DNA of 64,000 nucleotides from Eledone cirrhosa (lineage: Eukaryota). Shown here piece by piece: positions 60,078 to 64,000 of the stretch (its first letter is position 1; each line of letters starts with the position of its first letter). A model generated the notes under the pieces. It did no database searches. It was not told where the DNA came from and worked only from the letters and a program-made list of their open reading frames with translations. Location of the stretch: NCBI GenBank assembly GCA_964016885.1, contig OZ024765.1, positions 20,708,001 through 20,772,000 on the forward strand, read 5' to 3'. The position numbers and the translations under genes are program-made.

Positions 60078-60916
60078 ATATATATATATATATGGTGGCT
60101 ACCAACTCGTTTTCGAGTATGGCCACTACTTTATATCCATGTAGGAGAACCCCTACCGATGCGCTGAACGAGTATGACTTTTTAGTCCAGCCAGCGACTT
60201 GAAAACTCTGGTACAAACACTACACTTGTGACAATTATTGACACATAGTGCTGGGCCCATGGTACCATGTGACGACAAGTGCAGAGAGATCTCCAGATAT
60301 AAAGCAATGCCTGTGCCGTGAAGCTTTTATAGTGAGCAAAGGCACTGCACAAAGCCAGTCCCACTCTCTTAACCAAGATGATATTTACCAAAAAGAAGAA
60401 CAAGTCAACATCATTGGATACCATCAGGGTTGCAGGTGTTATATTAGAGTTTTCCTTCTAGAATTCTGCCTTCTTGACAAAGGCTAAGGGGTCATCTCTC
60501 CCAGTGATTTGTCAAAGGGCAAAGGAGCTCTTAAGAGTCAATGGCCATCCAAAATCACCGGGAGAGATGACCCCTTAGCCTTTGTCAAGGCAGAATTCTA
60601 GGAGAAGGATATATATATATATATATATAAACACATACATACACACACATATTATATGTATGTGTGTGTATATATATATATATACACATACATACATATA
60701 TAGTGAAAGAGTGAAGAATAACATGGTCGGCTGTACAAAAAGGGTTTTATTTTGTACAGCCGACCATGTTATTCTTCAACCTTTCACTACTATTACTCCA
60801 AGAAGGACCTCCATGGGAATTCTTACAAACTCGCCACCCAACTAAGGAAACCTCTTGTTGAGTCAAACAACGCCGTACGTCAAAACTATCCATAGTACAG
60901 AGCACTCACACCCCCC

Positions 60917-60957
<41 letters not shown>

Positions 60958-61272
60958 GAAGATGGCGTAGGACAGAACAAAGGAGAGGCACAAAAACAAA
61001 GAAAAGAAAAGAATCCCCAGTCACTGAAGAGGTCACAGAATGTGTGACGAAAGAACTTTGACAATATATGTACAATCGTCTGGTTGTGGAACCAACCAAC
61101 CAACCTGAAATTTATAAATTCCTAAATTTATAAATTTAATTTATAATAAATTGAAGTGAAAGCAACTGGTGCGTGTGTTTCTTATTGGCAACATGACCCT
61201 CCCAAAGTACAACAATATTGGTTTCAACACACGTTTTCAGATAAAGAATCTTGCTAAACAAATTCAGAAACG

Positions 61273-61309
<37 letters not shown>

Positions 61310-62196
61310 TAGAAGGGGTATTTTATAAATATAGTTTCCATTTATTTAATATCATTGTATATATGTATATATGCACACATCATTTTACATCCACTTTTTC
61401 CTGCTTGCAAGGGTGGGATGGGTCCTATTCAGCACAGCATCTCTCCACTTGTCACGGTCCTTCGTCATCTCCACCGTGAGCTTCAGTGATGTGAGGTCTG
61501 CTCTCACCACCTCCGCCCATGTTTTTCGTGGTCTTCCTCTACTGCATCTTCTGTCTACAAACACATATATATATACACACACACATGTATATATATATAC
61601 ATATATATATATATATAGCAGTTTACTTAGCTGCCTAACAACTCTCACTCCCTCCTTTTTTGACTAAAGTCTGTATATATCTCCCTCATTCTAGTCTCAC
61701 TATTTACACAACTTGTCTGCACCGAATCAACTCCTCTTTCAGTGAAGAAGAAGCCAGAATGGAAGGAAGGAATGAAAGAGCTCCTCATCCTCACCGCAAC
61801 AGCCAGCCCCCAGGCCCTCAGTCTAATCCCACCAGATATAAAGATCCCACAAGATGAAGGATTAATCTCACCAGGAGTAAAACATGTTAACTGTGATAAA
61901 GGAGAAACGCAGGAATGAAAGAGCCCCTTACCCTCATCCCACCACCTAGCCCCTCATCCCCACCCCCACCCGGACCCTAATCCCCTCAGCTAAACCCCAC
62001 CAGATGTAAAGATCACACAAGATGAAAGATTAACCTCACCAGAAATACCACTTGATGACTGTGAAAAAGAAGGAAGGCAGGAATGAAAGAGCCCCTTATC
62101 TCCCTCCTCTCACCTCACCCCAACATCCAGCCCCCAGATCCTCAATCTAACCCGACCAGATGTAAAGATCACACAAGATGTAAGCATTATTCTCAC

Positions 62197-62271
62197 CAGA
62201 AATACCACATGTTAAACGAGGTCTTGTGTTGTCTTCTTTCAGGACAGCAGGAATTATTACAACATGTGCAA
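62197..62271 (-). CDS. WBP1/VOPP1-family membrane protein, first visible coding exon (Cys-rich luminal segment CTCCNNSCC...NMWYFW)
   Basis: 75 nt exon with pyrimidine tract plus ttccag acceptor and gtgaga donor, phase 2/2. The CC..CC...WYFW pattern is typical of the WBP-1/VOPP1 domain. TG joins the G of the next exon to form Trp. Confidence 0.85.
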
Positions 62272-63218
62272 CTGGAAGAGAGAGAGAAGGCTGTTAGGGT
62301 GGTGGTGTAGTGGTGTGGTGGTGGTGTAGTGGTGGTGTAGTGGTGTGGTGGTGTAGTGGTGTGGTGGTGTAGTGGTGGTGGTGTGGTGTAGTGGTGGTGT
62401 AGTGGTGGTGTGGTGGTGGTGTGGTGTAGTGGTGGTGTGGTGTAGTGGTGGTGTAGTGGTGTAGTGGTGGTGTGGTGGTGGTGTAGTGGTGTGGTGGTGG
62501 CGATGGTAGAGTCCACCATGTATGTAACATCATCATCATTTTATTTTACGTCCACTTTTCCCTGCTTGCAAGGATGTATATATATATGTGTGTGTGTATG
62601 TATATATATATATATATGTATATATGCATGTATATATATATATGTATATATGCATGTATATATATATATGTGTATGTATGTGTATATATACATATGCCAG
62701 GTCACTCTTGAGTGCTACTGGTAACATGCAACCCAGTACAACCTGTCGCATGGTCGGGTCGTCGGCGACTAAACCGGCAACCCCACCAAGTTTACTTGGT
62801 GAGGAGGGTGATTTTGGACCCACCGCAGGACAAAAAACAAAACCTGACAAAGGGCGGAAGAACTCATAAGAGTCAACGGCCATCCAAAAGTATGTAAATA
62901 TGTATATACACATGTACCGCACGGTTAAACCACTGGGAGTGAAGGACCCCTAGCCTTTGTCAGGGCATTCTTCTAGGAGAAGGTATCTCAGGAAACTGGG
63001 ATAACTCCGATATAAAACCTGCGGCTCTGTAGTTACCGATGATGTTGATCTTTTCTTCTTTTCGGGTTATAGTTACTGTCGCTCAGAGAGTGGGATTGGC
63101 TCAGTGCACAGTCTTTCCTCACTTTAAAAAATATCTTCACGCACAGGCATTGCACGATAGAATTAATTAATAATTATTAATAATGGTATATATCGTGCAA
63201 TGGCCATACTCGATAATA

Positions 63219-63273
<55 letters not shown>

Positions 63274-63309
63274 TATATAGATGTAGTAACAACAGTTAGT
63301 TCTCCAGAC

Positions 63310-63347
63310 CGAGAACAATTGTTTCACCTTAGCGCATCTTCAGCTCG
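63310..63347 (-). ncRNA. Minimal hammerhead in a Penelope-like 3' pLTR
   Basis: CGAG CTGAAGA tgcgctaaggt GAAACAATTGTT CTCG; stem II is weak. Confidence 0.7.
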
Positions 63348-63518
63348 TACTGGTCATGGTTATACGGAACAGGAAGAACAACCGCATGAACATCCATGTG
63401 CAGAAACGGTCAGTTCACCCAAGCGATACAAAGCCACAGGCGAAAGGTGTAAGGGAGATAACTGCAAAAGTCGGAAAATATGTTCGAGTTGATAAGAAAA
63501 TTAGGATGTTGTTGTTGT

Positions 63519-63752
63519 TCAATCCAGAGCTTTGCAGTTATTCAAGAGGTGTTTCCAGATGTGTGGACAACGTGAGAAGATTTCATTTCTTGAATTTAGG
63601 CAATCGCTATTGTGTAATCTCCTTAGAATATTTATCCTTTCTTCAGTACACAGTCCACATGATGGATTGCCCCTAGCCTATGGCTTGGACTTAGTGATGG
63701 CTTTCCATTGAATGGAGTAGTCTATACCTGAGTCCTTGAGGGACCATATGAG
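63519..63752 (-). pseudogene. Penelope-like element GIY-YIG endonuclease C-terminus
   Basis: LIWSLKDSGIDYSIQWKAITKSKP*ARGNPSCGLCTEERINILRRLHNSDCLNSRNEIFSRCPHIWKHLL resembles the PLE W..LKD..Y.I.W...C.LC..E...LN.R.E...C.H pattern, with one in-frame stop. Confidence 0.8.
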
Positions 63753-63849
63753 CCACGTATGGTGGGCCATTGTTGCTACACATTCTATCCCCAGCCAGTG
63801 TTGGCTGGCCATTGATGCAAGAGGGAGTTTGTTGCTGTTGGCCTTAGGT

Positions 63850-64000
63850 TACCTTCGTACCGTGCTGTTGGCTCATCCGCGATCCTGGATAGCAGGGTGT
63901 CAAGATGTTCCTTGAAAACATCCACGTGCACACCATGCATATCTCTCAAATTTCTTGGCAGCTTATTGAAGAGTTGAGGGCCTTTGAATCCCAGGCTATT
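63850..64000 (-). mobile_element. CR1/L2-group LINE ORF2 C-terminus
   Basis: SLGFKGPQLFNKLPRNLRDMHG..FKEHLDTLLSRIADEP. Confidence 0.75.

Overview
This is a repeat-dominated eukaryotic window, most likely from a cephalopod (octopod-like tRNA/Nin-type SINEs, RTE LINEs, very long (TA)n/(CA)n/(CAC)n tracts). Nearly all ORFs in the supplied track are microsatellite artefacts. One real spliced gene lies on the minus strand: four phase-compatible GT-AG exons (62271-62197, 50422-50161, 38054-37940, 36942-36764) encoding the C-terminal ~210 aa of a WBP1/VOPP1-family single-pass membrane protein with two PPSY motifs. Its 5' exon(s) were not found and probably lie beyond 64000. The most striking non-coding signal is a dense set of minimal type-I hammerhead ribozymes (CUGANGA...GAAA, mostly with a palindromic stem III) from several unrelated sequence families. 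Most sit in ORF-less fold-back cassettes of about 150-500 bp inserted in (TA)n tracts, and one lies directly downstream of a Penelope-like GIY-YIG C-terminus. The window also holds Tc1, Helitron-like, RTE and CR1-type fragments, plus several minisatellites that visibly derive from SINE or MITE sub-segments. All calls are by eye; no alignment, folding or database search was run.
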